Shown: positions 47,730-58,293 of the stretch, piece after piece
Layout of the letters: every line of letters starts with the position of its first letter
Position numbering within the stretch: the stretch's first letter is position 1
Source: Blastocladiella emersonii ATCC 22665
Lineage: Eukaryota; Fungi; Blastocladiomycota
Assembly: GCA_025594325.1 (NCBI GenBank)
Contig: JANHCV010000003.1
Span: 1,116,001-1,180,000, forward strand
Direction: 5' to 3'
Length of the DNA: 64,000 bases
Notes under the pieces: model-generated
The model's database searches: none
The model's input: only the letters and a program-made list of their open reading frames with translations
Told to the model about the DNA's origin: nothing
Translations under genes and position numbers: made by a program

Positions 47730-48643
47730 GGGGAGGCGTTGCGACCTGGCCGTTCGAGGAAGGGCATGATGAGGATGAGGCAAGTCGTGGTCGCGGCCAC
47801 CGACGCTCATGACAGCCGAGGGAAAGGAACGAGAGAGATGAGAGCGAGCCTCAACCAATGCGTCTCGCCGCCGCCGACGCTCAGGATGAGAGGAGGTGAA
47901 GGGATGAGAGCCCGCCGCCGCGGACGCTCAGGATGAGAGGAGGTGATGGTGAAGGGACGGGAGCGTCGACCACCGACTCGTCTCGCCGCCGCTGACGCTC
48001 AGGGTCGGGAAAGCGAGGAAGGAGGAGATTCGTCGTCGAGATAAGCTTGAAAGTCCCCCGTACCGTTCATCTTCATGCGCGCGCACACACACGGGCAGCG
48101 AGCGAGGCGAGGTGATGGTTGATACATGGTGTTGTGCGGGAGGATGCCCGACCCGGATCGGATCGCGGGCGCTGGTCATGGTCGATGCGTGCGTGCCGTC
48201 GAGTACTTGCGGTTGCAAGGAGTATGAAGGGCGCGAGCGCGAACGTTGGAGGGGGAGGGTAGGCCGTGGGAGTGCGAGCGTGCGGCGGTAGCGGTGGTGC
48301 ACGGGCGGGACGGCAAGACGCGCATCGCGACGCGTCTGGATCAGAGTGGTAGGCCAGTGCGTGAAACTACATTTCCGCGCGGATCATAACGTAGCAACGC
48401 CGGGAACGAGTCGCGGCGCGAGACCCGCCGTGCCCGCGCGCGAAATTGTCTCGCGCTGTGTCTCGCGGCTCATCAAGGGTGGCGAAAACGTCCACGTGCG
48501 CTCGCTCGCTCGCTCGCGGAGACCATCGTCGATTGCCGCGGGAAGTGGAGCGCGGTGGCGGGGGACGCGTCTCGAAAATGGAGACAGCCGGGACGCGTCG
48601 CGCCCGATGCGAGACGTCACGCGAGCCGCGCGTGCCGCGCTTC

Positions 48644-50203
48644 TCGAGACATCTCGTGATCGGTCGGGGACCACCCGGAGACACCACGTGTGCAGCACGC
48701 CGCGAGTTTCGCGAGCCGTCACACAAGCAATCTTATCGACGCGGGAGCGCGAACACCGGACTGACGTATTTGCCGTGGCCTTCTATCAGGCTCTCCTTCC
48801 CTGGCTCTCCATCGATTGGAGCGGTCAACAAACCTGAAAGTCCGTTGGCGCGCTCTGACTGCCTTGAAGCCGCTGAAGCTGGCCACGACGCAGCGCGTTC
48901 AACCGCAGCGGATCCTCCTCGTGCTACTCCCTTCCTGGCACCGTATCAGCGTCACCGATGCACTGGGCCCGTGCTTGCGTCGAGGACACGGACGCGCGGA
49001 AGATCGCGGGCTTCTGACGCGGTACAAAGGGTGTACTTGTTGTGGTTGAGACCCGACCAGTGTGGGCCCTGCCGGGGAGGCGACTGCCGCCGAACGCTGG
49101 TGTGGACAGCTGCATGGCGTGGAAGAAGATCGAGCGGGCTCGGCACACCTCCCCGAAAAGGAGACTCAGAGCGGATCCGGGCGACATCGACGAGAAGCGG
49201 CGAGATTGGGGAGAAGCCGAGCGGGTTGCCCTAATGTATTTCGTTCGAGTTCCATGAGCCGTCACGGCGCGAGTTCTGTTGCATGGAGTCCAGTGTGAGG
49301 AGTGCGGATCGGGGGTCGAGGGTGCGGAGGAAGATGGCGCACCAGCAGGGATCGTCGGGCGGAGCGCAGACCACCTCGAGCAGGCGTGGGTGTCGATCAC
49401 GTTGCACCTGCAGGGGCTGCGACGCGACGCGTTTGACGCTCTCGCGCTCTACACAAGATCACCGGTATTGGACGGCGGGAGTGTTGAGCCCGGAGGCACA
49501 TGAAGCAAAATGCTGACCGGACCTTCAGCGGTGCCGTGGCCGAGGGGGTAGTACGGACCGGTGTACTCGCGACTCGGCCACGGAGCCGTACAAGCCCAAT
49601 AGCGAAGCGGGACTCGTTAAGGTGGTGTCTCGCCCCACTCCCGTCCAGCTCCAGGAAGGATCTAAACGATGCTAAGGTCACGCATGATGAAGTCGATGCG
49701 GGTGGGACGCGAGAGGCTCGCGGATGGGTCGGCGATGGTTACGATGTTCGCAAAGCGACGGCCCGTCTGGATGTGGCCGACTGAAGCCGGGTGGCGCATC
49801 TCCAGCAGGGCGATCCTCATACACATGATATGAGTTGGTCCGCCGTGTCACTGTACATGGGCGAGATCATGGCGGCTGCCGCAGGAACAGACCGATACAG
49901 AGGGAGTAGGAGCAGGGATATCGTTGCAGCTAGTTGCCGGGGCTTCTATGCATAGGATTCATGGTCTCTACAATTAACGATTTGGACGTGGGTACGTGGG
50001 AGAGCAGCGATCGACGAGGCGATCACGAAGACGAAAGCACTCAGCAACGGGTCACGTGGTGTGAGCGACACGTTCGTTCTCGACAATCCGAGCCGGCTTT
50101 CAGGATGTCTTTTGACACTGGGCAGTCACCCGTCATGACTCTCATCATGATTCTCGATTTATTCTTAAGAAACTGCACACATTGATCCCGGACGAACCCC
50201 CGC
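48644..50203. other. Unique 1,560-bp spacer between the inverted arms
   Basis: No mirror symmetry; no convincing intact ORF; AT-rich patch at about 50130-50185. Confidence 0.95.
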
Positions 50204-50843
50204 GAAGCGCGGCACGCGCGGCTCGCGTGACGTCTCGCATCGGGCGCGACGCGTCCCGGCTGTCTCCATTTTCGAGACGCGTCCCCCGCCACCGCGCTCC
50301 ACTTCCCGCGGCAATCGACGATGGTCTCCGCGAGCGAGCGAGCGAGCGCACGTGGACGTTTTCGCCACCCTTGATGAGCCGCGAGACACAGCGCGAGACA
50401 ATTTCGCGCGCGGGCACGGCGGGTCTCGCGCCGCGACTCGTTCCCGGCGTTGCTACGTTATGATCCGCGCGGAAATGTAGTTTCACGCACTGGCCTACCA
50501 CTCTGATCCAGACGCGTCGCGATGCGCGTCTTGCCGTCCCGCCCGTGCACCACCGCTACCGCCGCACGCTCGCACTCCCACGGCCTACCCTCCCCCTCCA
50601 ACGTTCGCGCTCGCGCCCTTCATACTCCTTGCAACCGCAAGTACTCGACGGCACGCACGCATCGACCATGACCAGCGCCCGCGATCCGATCCGGGTCGGG
50701 CATCCTCCCGCACAACACCATGTATCAACCATCACCTCGCCTCGCTCGCTGCCCGTGTGTGTGCGCGCGCATGAAGATGAACGGTACGGGGGACTTTCAA
50801 GCTTATCTCGACGACGAATCTCCTCCTTCCTCGCTTTCCCGAC

Positions 50844-50986
50844 CCTGAGCGTCAGCGGCGGCGAGACGAGTCGGTGGTCGACGCTCCCGTCCCTTCACCA
50901 TCACCTCCTCTCATCCTGAGCGTCCGCGGCGGCGGGCTCTCATCCCTTCACCTCCTCTCATCCTGAGCGTCGGCGGCGGCGAGACG
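50844..50986 (+). repeat. Three-copy short direct repeat CCTGAGCGTCnGCGGCGGCG (mirror 47861-48003)
   Basis: Copies start at 50844, 50915 and 50962; the last two also share the upstream CACCTCCTCTCAT. Confidence 0.8.
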
Positions 50987-51117
50987 CATTGGTTGAGGCT
51001 CGCTCTCATCTCTCTCGTTCCTTTCCCTCGGCTGTCATGAGCGTCGGTGGCCGCGACCACGACTTGCCTCATCCTCATCATGCCCTTCCTCGAACGGCCA
51101 GGTCGCAACGCCTCCCC

Positions 51118-54100
51118 GTACCAGCAACAACAATATGATCGTGTTGCTGACTCCCGTTTGTTATCCTCGTGCCATCCCGCCCGTAATTCTTGTGTAGAGC
51201 TCGAGCTTTCGCATCTCGTTCCTCTCCTCCTGCTCGCTCTCCTCTCGACCACGTCATGCTTGTGACCGCCGTGACGGATCGACCTACTCGCCCGGCCATG
51301 CTCGGCTACTAGCTCGGCGACGTCACGCTCTCGCGCGCCTGATCGACGGCGTCCACGGCTCGACGCTCGTGCAGTTCGCGGCGCCCAAGTAGTTCGGGTT
51401 CGGCCTTCGTACGACCTGATCTCTGGGCAGCTGGCCGTTCCCATACTCACTCTTCTGCCTCGTGTAGCCGCAGCACTACCACGGCGCCATCACGACCTCA
51501 CGCGCGCGACGTATTCTCTCGGCTGTTACCGCGTCGGCGATCCAGTGACGGCTCGGCCTCGCCATCTCGTCGGGTTCAAGTACGCGCGGCGACACGCGCG
51601 GCGCCAACCACTACCACCATCACCAAGGCCGACCAAGTTCCCCTATGACACGTACACCCGCTGCTCAAGTACGCGCGCGATCGAGGCGCTCCTCGCCATC
51701 ATCATATCATCATGGTCATGGCCGCGCACTCGCTGCTCAAGCGCTCGCGCGCAAGGAGCTCCTCGTCATCATCATGCCCGTGGCCGCCGCAACGAAGCGA
51801 CCTACGAGCTCGGCCAAGGTCGGCGCCGCCCCGCCGTGCTGTCGACGCGTCGCCGAACGCGCCATTGCGTCTTCTCGTGCCCTGATAGACGGTGTCCGGG
51901 GCTCGACGATCGCGTGGTTTTCGGTGGTCAAGGAGCTCAACTTCAGCCATCGTACGTTCTCATTTTGGCGTAGTTGACCGATCGCGTGTTCACCCTTTCG
52001 CTTTGTGTAGCCACCGCGCGACCGTTCGTGACCATGGTCACGATTGTCGCCTCCCGCGCGCGACAAGTTCTCGTCGGGCTCCACCACACGCAGCTCAAGT
52101 GCCCGCGCGCGCAAGGAGCTCCTCGCCTTCTTCATGCTCTCGCGGCCGCCGCGACAGGTCGACGTGCGAGCCTGGCCAAGCTCGGCGGCGCCCCACCGTA
52201 CCGTCTATGCATCGTCGAGTTCGCCATCGCGTCTTCTCATTCCGATCCACGGCGTCCAGGGCTCGGCGTTCGTGCAGTTCACAGTGGTCAAGGGGCTCGA
52301 CTTCAGCAATCGTACGTCCCCATGTCCGCGCAGCTTGCCAATCGCGTGTTCACTCACCTCCTTTGCCTTGTGTAGCCACCGCACGACCAGAAGAACGCGC
52401 GTGCGCAACGTTCTGATCCGCGTCGATCCCGCAGCTGCTCGTCTTCTCCCTCTCCTTCTTGTCGGGCTCCAGCCCGCGCGTGCACCACGCGGCGCCATCC
52501 ATCACCATCACCGTCACCAAGGCCGACCGAGTCCTCGGCCGCCTGACGCGCAGCTGTGTCTCACCTACTCGCGCCCGACGAGCTCCTCACCTTCATGGCC
52601 TCGTGGCCACCGTGGTGGGTCGATCCACTCGCGCGACCATGTACGGCGACGTCGCGCCGTGCCATCGACGCAGCAGCTGGGTCGCCACCACACTCTTGAA
52701 CCTCATCGGCGGCAGACGCGGCTCAACGCTTTCGGCGCTCGGCGCTCGGCGGTGATTGTCAAGGACTTTGTCGGCATTTGTACGTTCCGCCGTCGCCGCG
52801 GTCGACTGATTGCATGCTCACATCGCTGCTTCGTGTAGTCGTCGCGCCACCACGACACCATCATCAAGGCCTCGAGTGCGCGCGCGCAACTTCTTCTCGT
52901 CCGCGCCCGCACTGATCAAGTGGCGGCGGTTTCTCCTCATCATCGAGTCGGGATCGAGGACCAGCTCGACGTTGCGCTCCCGTGCACCTGATCGACGGCA
53001 GCCACAGCTCGAGACTCGCGCGGTTCACGGTAACCAAGGGGGTAACGCTCCAGCGTTCGTATGTCCTGATCCGAGCGTGGTTGCCGATCGCGTGTTCACC
53101 CGTTTGCCTCGTGTAGCCATCACAGAACGGGTGGAACCACATCACGATCGTCACCTCGCGCGCGCGACATGACCTCGTCGGTGTCCAGATTGACTCAGCG
53201 GCGGTTCGGCAGCTTCAACACCTCGTCGGGCTCTGGCGCACGTCGCCGACGCGGCGCACATGGTCGCCGACCATTCTCGCGCCAGCTGGGCGTACATTCT
53301 CGGTACTTTGCAACGTGTGCTCCTGCAAACGAAACCTCGTAGCTGACTCGTGCATCGTGTAGTCGCCGTGACGCATCAACCCCAAGTCTGGCCGAGCTCG
53401 GCAACGCCAGGCCATCAACATGGCGTGGTGCTGCAACATCAACGCGGCGGCCGAGTCGAGTCGCCTTCACGCTCTCGCGCGCCTGATCGGCGGCAGCAGC
53501 CGCGACTCGGGTTCTATTGGCGGTCCATGGTGATCATCGAGGGTTTTCTCAGCACTCGTACGTTCTGCTGTCGCTGCGGTCGATCAATCGCGTGTTCACA
53601 CTGCCGTTTCGCGTAGGTGCCACACGACCAGGGCCACGACATCGTCATCGTGACCACGCGTGCGCGCAAGCTGTTCTCGTCCACGTCGATTCCGTGGCCG
53701 ACTCGGCTTCAACATCTCGTCGGGCTCTCCAACACGGGCATGTCGCCGTGCGACGTCAGTCACGACGGCCGACCGAGTCCTCAACAAGCGCTCGTACACG
53801 CTGCTCAAGGAGGTCGTGTCGCAGCTCGATGCTCTCGGCGGTCCACAGTGATCATCAAGGGTTTGTCAGCGCTCGTACGCCCTGCTCGCGCTACGGTCGA
53901 CCAATCGCGTGCTCACGCCGCCGCTTCGTGTAGCTACGACAGCCTCGACATCTCGTCGGGCTCTGGTACACGCTGCCGACTCGAGAGATCAACCACCACC
54001 AGCGCCGCGGCCGATCAGGTCCTCAACGGTGCCGCGTGTGCTCGTGCGGCTCAAGTACCCGCGCTCGAGGTGGGCCGTCGGGTACCTCAACTCGTCGACT

Positions 54101-54186
54101 ACTTTGGGACTCGGTACGACCCATCCCCAACCCGCATCCCGAGTGCTACTCGCTGACTCTTGTTTGTTCACCTCTCAAACACACAG
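51118..54186 (+). pseudogene. Decayed tandem array of homologous exon-intron cassettes (copy 2)
   Basis: Eight related 58-64-nt GT...TAG segments (51409-51467, 51952-52010, 52312-52375, 52780-52838, 53059-53116, 53303-53362, 53558-53616, 53875-53933) plus two unrelated canonical introns (51118-51197, 54114-54186). The shared coding frame is broken by stops and frameshifts. Confidence 0.7.
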
Positions 54187-55615
54187 ACCAGCGTCGCCTT
54201 CTCGCTGCTACTACACCCAAGAACATTCACCCCGCGCTCGCTCCGCGTCTCGACCATGGCCATCTACAACATCGACACGCTGCTCCTCTCGTCCAACATT
54301 GCCGGTCTGGTACACGTCGACCCACTCTCGCACTTCACTCGCGCGTGCTGATCGCCGCCCCCGTACAGCTCCTGCATCGCAATCCACCCCTTCCTCCTCC
54401 ATCTCCTTTGTGTTTCCCTCGCATCCCGTCCGGGAAGCCAACCCATTGTATCAGCCTACCTGCGGCGTGCAAAACGGGTACATCCGAGGTGTGCCGCTCT
54501 CGCAGTCGGCTGCTGCCCCCTCACCTCTTGCGCGCATCCATCGTCCAAATCTGGTCGCTTACCCAATCGCTCCCTTGTCCGCTGTCTCTCCGACTCGACA
54601 TCGTCTCCTGGATCGCGCCGCGAAGAGTCCTCGACGCATGTGCCGCATCACCCGTCCCGCGCAGTGACCTCGCCAAGCGAGTAGCCGGACCGCTGGTGCG
54701 TCACCGCTGCGAGTATGGGACTCTCTCTGCTGGTCGACTAGGGTCGGTGTCAACCTCGAGGGAGCAGGCTGGATGGAGCTGGGTTGTGGGTGGTTTCGCC
54801 GCGCTTGGGGGTGAGTGGGGCAGCGACCTTGGGTGCATCCCAAGTAGTGCGTCGTGGCGGCGGTGTCGCAGTTCCCATTAATCGGGACCCGTTCCTCGTT
54901 CTGACCTCATCCACCTCAACTTGACCCTCTCGCGGCGCAGCGTGGGACGCGCGCGACAGTCGGCGAGCCGGTCCTTGGCCGTCCCGAGCGAGGCGACGGC
55001 GGGGGCGGGCTCAAGCGGGCGCGACGACGCGTGCTACCGAGCCGCACCGTCAGTTGGCCGCGATCTGTGCGATTAAACTACATCTCGTTTGTTGTCTCTA
55101 TCACTCCTGTCTCGTGCCTCGACCGTGCAAGAACACGGAGAAGTGGAGACGCGTCGAACAAACACGTGAGCGGAGCGAGACAGCGCTGATCGCTTGGTCT
55201 CGCCTTCGCGAACGCCGCCACCGCTCCCTTGCGCCCTTGCTCGCCCACTACAATGAAGCGATGCACTCCATGCAATGGAATCGAATGGATCATCGCCGTG
55301 GACTGCGCCACTGTCCTGAGGGCAACGCCGACCGAGTTGAAACGGCGTTGGCCGGCTCACCCTCGGCTGTTCGCGGCGGGTCGAGGCTACGGGAACTTGT
55401 GAACTTGGGCGAGCAGTGAGCCGCTGCGCATCCGCAGCGAGCCCACACGAGAGAGGTGAAGCTGCCGACCGCGAACCGCTGCGCGCCTTGCGGTGAGCGG
55501 TCGAGGTCTGCGGGGCGCCGCTGCTGCTGAAACGCGACGGCCGCGGCGACCATTTTTAGCCACGCGTCACCACTTCTACTTGCTCTTGAGTCGCAGTCGT
55601 CGGTGAGCGAGAGAG

Positions 55616-55622
55616 TATAAGA
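55616..55622 (+). promoter_or_regulatory. TATA box of the Q/S-repeat gene (mirror at 43225-43231, minus strand)
   Basis: TATAAGA 105 nt upstream of the ATG, followed by a C-rich leader. Confidence 0.55.
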
Positions 55623-55720
55623 CCATGGCGCGCCCCGGCCTCTCTTCCAGCTGATCAGCACACTCGGCAATCCCAACCTCCACCACCACACCGCCTCCCA
55701 CTCCCTCAACCACCGCCAAG

Positions 55721-56515
55721 ATGACCTTCTGCGCTCCCATCCACGTCCCCGCCGTCCAGACCCAGTCGCAGTCGCAGATGCAGTTTGGCGGCCACGGCGC
55801 TCAGTCGCAGTCCCAGTCGCAGACCCAGTTCGGCGGTAACGGCGCCCAGCAGCAGTCGCAGTCGCAGACCCAGTTTGGCGGTGACGCCGTGCAGTCGCAG
55901 TCCCAGTCGCAGTCGCAGTTCCAGGGCCACCACTCGGTCGACCAGGCCCAGTTCCAGTCGCAGACGCAGACCCAGTTCGGCCACGGCTCGGGTGCCCAGC
56001 AGCAGTCGCAGTCGCAGTCGCAGACTCAGTGGGGCGGCGACGCTGCTCAGTCGCAGTCCCAGTCGCAGTTCCAGGGCAACTGGGGCCACCACGGCGACGC
56101 CGCGCAGCAGCAGTCGCAGTCCCAGTTCCAGGGCAACTGGGGTAACCACCACTCGGTCGACCAGGCCCAGTCGCAGTCGCAGACCCAGTTTGGCGGCAAC
56201 AGCGCCCAGCAGCAGTCCCAGTCGCAGACCCAGTGGGGCAACGGCCACGGCGACGCCGCGCAGCACCAGTCGCAGTCGCAGTCGCAGGGCCAGTGGTCCA
56301 ACGGCCACGGCGACGCGTTCCAGTCGCAGTCGCAGACCCAGTTCCAGGGCCACCACTCGGCCGACGGCTTTGTCGGCGGCAACCCGGCCACCTGGGGTCC
56401 CTCAGGCGACTGCAGCACCGGCAGTGGCAGCAGCGACTTCCACATCATGCCCATCAACAACAGCAGCAACGACTGCGACGTGACGATCCTGCCCATCAAC
56501 CACGGCTGCTGCTAA
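55721..56515 (+). CDS. 264-aa Gln/Ser/Gly/His tandem-repeat protein (copy 2)
   Basis: Exact mirror of 42332-43126. Confidence 0.85.
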   Translation: MTFCAPIHVPAVQTQSQSQMQFGGHGAQSQSQSQTQFGGNGAQQQSQSQTQFGGDAVQSQSQSQSQFQGHHSVDQAQFQSQTQTQFGHGSGAQQQSQSQSQTQWGGDAAQSQSQSQFQGNWGHHGDAAQQQSQSQFQGNWGNHHSVDQAQSQSQTQFGGNSAQQQSQSQTQWGNGHGDAAQHQSQSQSQGQWSNGHGDAFQSQSQTQFQGHHSADGFVGGNPATWGPSGDCSTGSGSSDFHIMPINNSSNDCDVTILPINHGCC

Positions 56516-57291
56516 GCTAGGGGTGCCGTGCCGCCCATGTCGCACTCACACTCGCTTGTTCGCTCGCCTGCGCTACAACTAGATGTCGCCGCGTTTTTGT
56601 ATAAACTTGTCTATAGTCTACCTAAACTCCACCGTTGCTCTCTTGATCTACAATTCTGCTACCTCTCGCTTGAGAACTCCTCTCCCATGATTGAAGGGCG
56701 AGCTAGTTTGAAGTCGTATGCGCACTGTGTCTGCTGCCCCCGCACCCGGCGGCAGCTCCCCGGTTCCGGCAACTCTAGCAGTTGCGCTAGATGAATAGAG
56801 CAGACTCCATGGACGATGGTTCTTTCGAATTTTAAGGCCCACTCAGTCAATGTTCGCGTCGCGATCATGGGCGGCGCCCGTGGTCGCGAGTGGCTCTTCA
56901 ACATGACTGCGCCGCCCTCGAGCTGCCATGCCTCGTTGGTGTCCCCGTGTCCCGATGCGCAGCTGGACCCGCGCGTGCTATCGCAAGAGCCCGGCTCGCG
57001 GCAAGGACTTGAAACGCGACGCGTTCGCGCCAGCCCGCGATGGTGGCTTTGCTGACCGCTGCTGCGCCACCCAGCACGGATCACATGAGCTCCTCCAGGA
57101 AGTGCATGTATTCATCTTTGAATCCTCGACCAATGAGCGCGTCGATGCGCGAAAAGTCGGGAGGTCGCATGCAGAGGCGGATCGTCCCATAAAACGCGGC
57201 CAGCCGACCCCCTCCAGCTCTCGCTCTGCACTTTCCAACAGGACTTTCAGAGAGGATATTGTTTCCCCACAAGACCCCCTTGTCGCACACC

Positions 57292-58293
57292 ATGTCTTCC
57301 CAGCTTGCCCTCGCTCCCTCGACCTCGACCTCGACCTCGTCGTCGCCCAAGGTTCCGCTGTCCTCGGCTCGCCCGTCGCTGTGCATCGTGGTCGCTTCCA
57401 CGACCGGTACCAGCCGCAACGCGCCCGAGAACACCAAGGACGGCGACATCGACGAGTGCGTCGTCGACTCGACGCCGACCTCCTCAGTCGGCACTCTCAA
57501 GTCGCGGTTCAAGCAGTTTGCGTCTCCTCTCGGCTCGCCCGCGACTCGTTCGCCCTGCTCGCGGTCCTCGGACAAGCTTCACCTTGTCCATCACGACGAC
57601 GGCGTTCAGCAGCGTGGCGGCGGTACCGTCAAGTCGGCCGCGTTCAGTGGCGCAGCGACGGCGGCCAAGCTCGAGGCGGCGCTCGCTGCAGTGCATGTAT
57701 CGGCCCTGCGTGCCACCTTCGAGCCCGCCCCCGCCGCTATCGCTGTTGCTACTACGGCCGAGTCCAAGCCGTCCGCGTCAGCTGTCTCGGCTCTTGAGTT
57801 CATTGTGAGCAACGAACAGGCCGTGATCCAGGTTCCCGCGCCCGCCAACACCACCACCACCATTCCGACCAAGAAGAAGCGCAGTGCCGCTGGCAAAGTG
57901 CTGCGCTGGGTTCGCCGCCATGCCGGCCACCGTGGCAGTGCGTCGCCAACCGCGGCGAACCCCAAGGTCAAGATGGAGGTGGCAGCGGCGGTCGTTCAGC
58001 TCCCCGAGTCAGCCAACAACAACGGCTCGAACCTCGCACCTGTGTCAGAGGAGTTTGGTTCGGACCAGACGCTGGTCAACAACTTTGACAAGTCCGCGGC
58101 TCCCTCGCGGTGGTCGTCGTTCAAGACTCGCATCGGCAGCCTCCTGGGTGGTGCATCCAGTACCGTCATGGTGTCTTCTGTGCCTTTGTGCGAGTCCAAG
58201 TCGCGCCCGATCAAGCACGGCGTCAAGGTCCTCCCAAGCGCCTCCTCAGTGGTGCCTGTCGTTGTGCTGCGGTCCGCGGCCATTGTTTCTTGA
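57292..58293 (+). CDS. Orphan Ser/Thr/Ala-rich protein (copy 2)
   Basis: Exact mirror of 40554-41555. Confidence 0.6.
   Translation: MSSQLALAPSTSTSTSSSPKVPLSSARPSLCIVVASTTGTSRNAPENTKDGDIDECVVDSTPTSSVGTLKSRFKQFASPLGSPATRSPCSRSSDKLHLVHHDDGVQQRGGGTVKSAAFSGAATAAKLEAALAAVHVSALRATFEPAPAAIAVATTAESKPSASAVSALEFIVSNEQAVIQVPAPANTTTTIPTKKKRSAAGKVLRWVRRHAGHRGSASPTAANPKVKMEVAAAVVQLPESANNNGSNLAPVSEEFGSDQTLVNNFDKSAAPSRWSSFKTRIGSLLGGASSTVMVSSVPLCESKSRPIKHGVKVLPSASSVVPVVVLRSAAIVS

Larger units (their letters stand above)
34847..48643. repeat. Left arm of giant inverted repeat (may extend further left)
   Basis: Reverse complement of 50204-64000. Every ORF in the track has a mirror with start+end sum 98847 and identical translation. 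The match ends at ...GCGCTTC (48643). Confidence 0.98.

Noticed and set aside
43966-48302. Individual ORFs of 100-280 aa in the inner arms as intact genes
   Set aside because: Homologous cassette positions are read in different frames, and the codon-biased ancestral frame is interrupted; better explained as relic sequence.
49690-49715. TRIDFIM on the minus strand, reminiscent of the LINE endonuclease SRIDY motif
   Set aside because: A single short motif with no other APE or RT motifs nearby; insufficient to call a retroelement.
50051-50058. GTCACGTG (CDEI-like) in the spacer, plus CACGTG at 48685-48690
   Set aside because: CDEI belongs to Saccharomycetaceae point centromeres; no AT-rich CDEII or CDEIII follows, and E-boxes are common by chance.
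51409-53933. Regularly recurring motif read as a CRISPR-like array
   Set aside because: Eukaryotic context; repeats are degenerate, spacing is irregular (244-543 bp), the intervening DNA is itself homologous, and the units match intron consensus.
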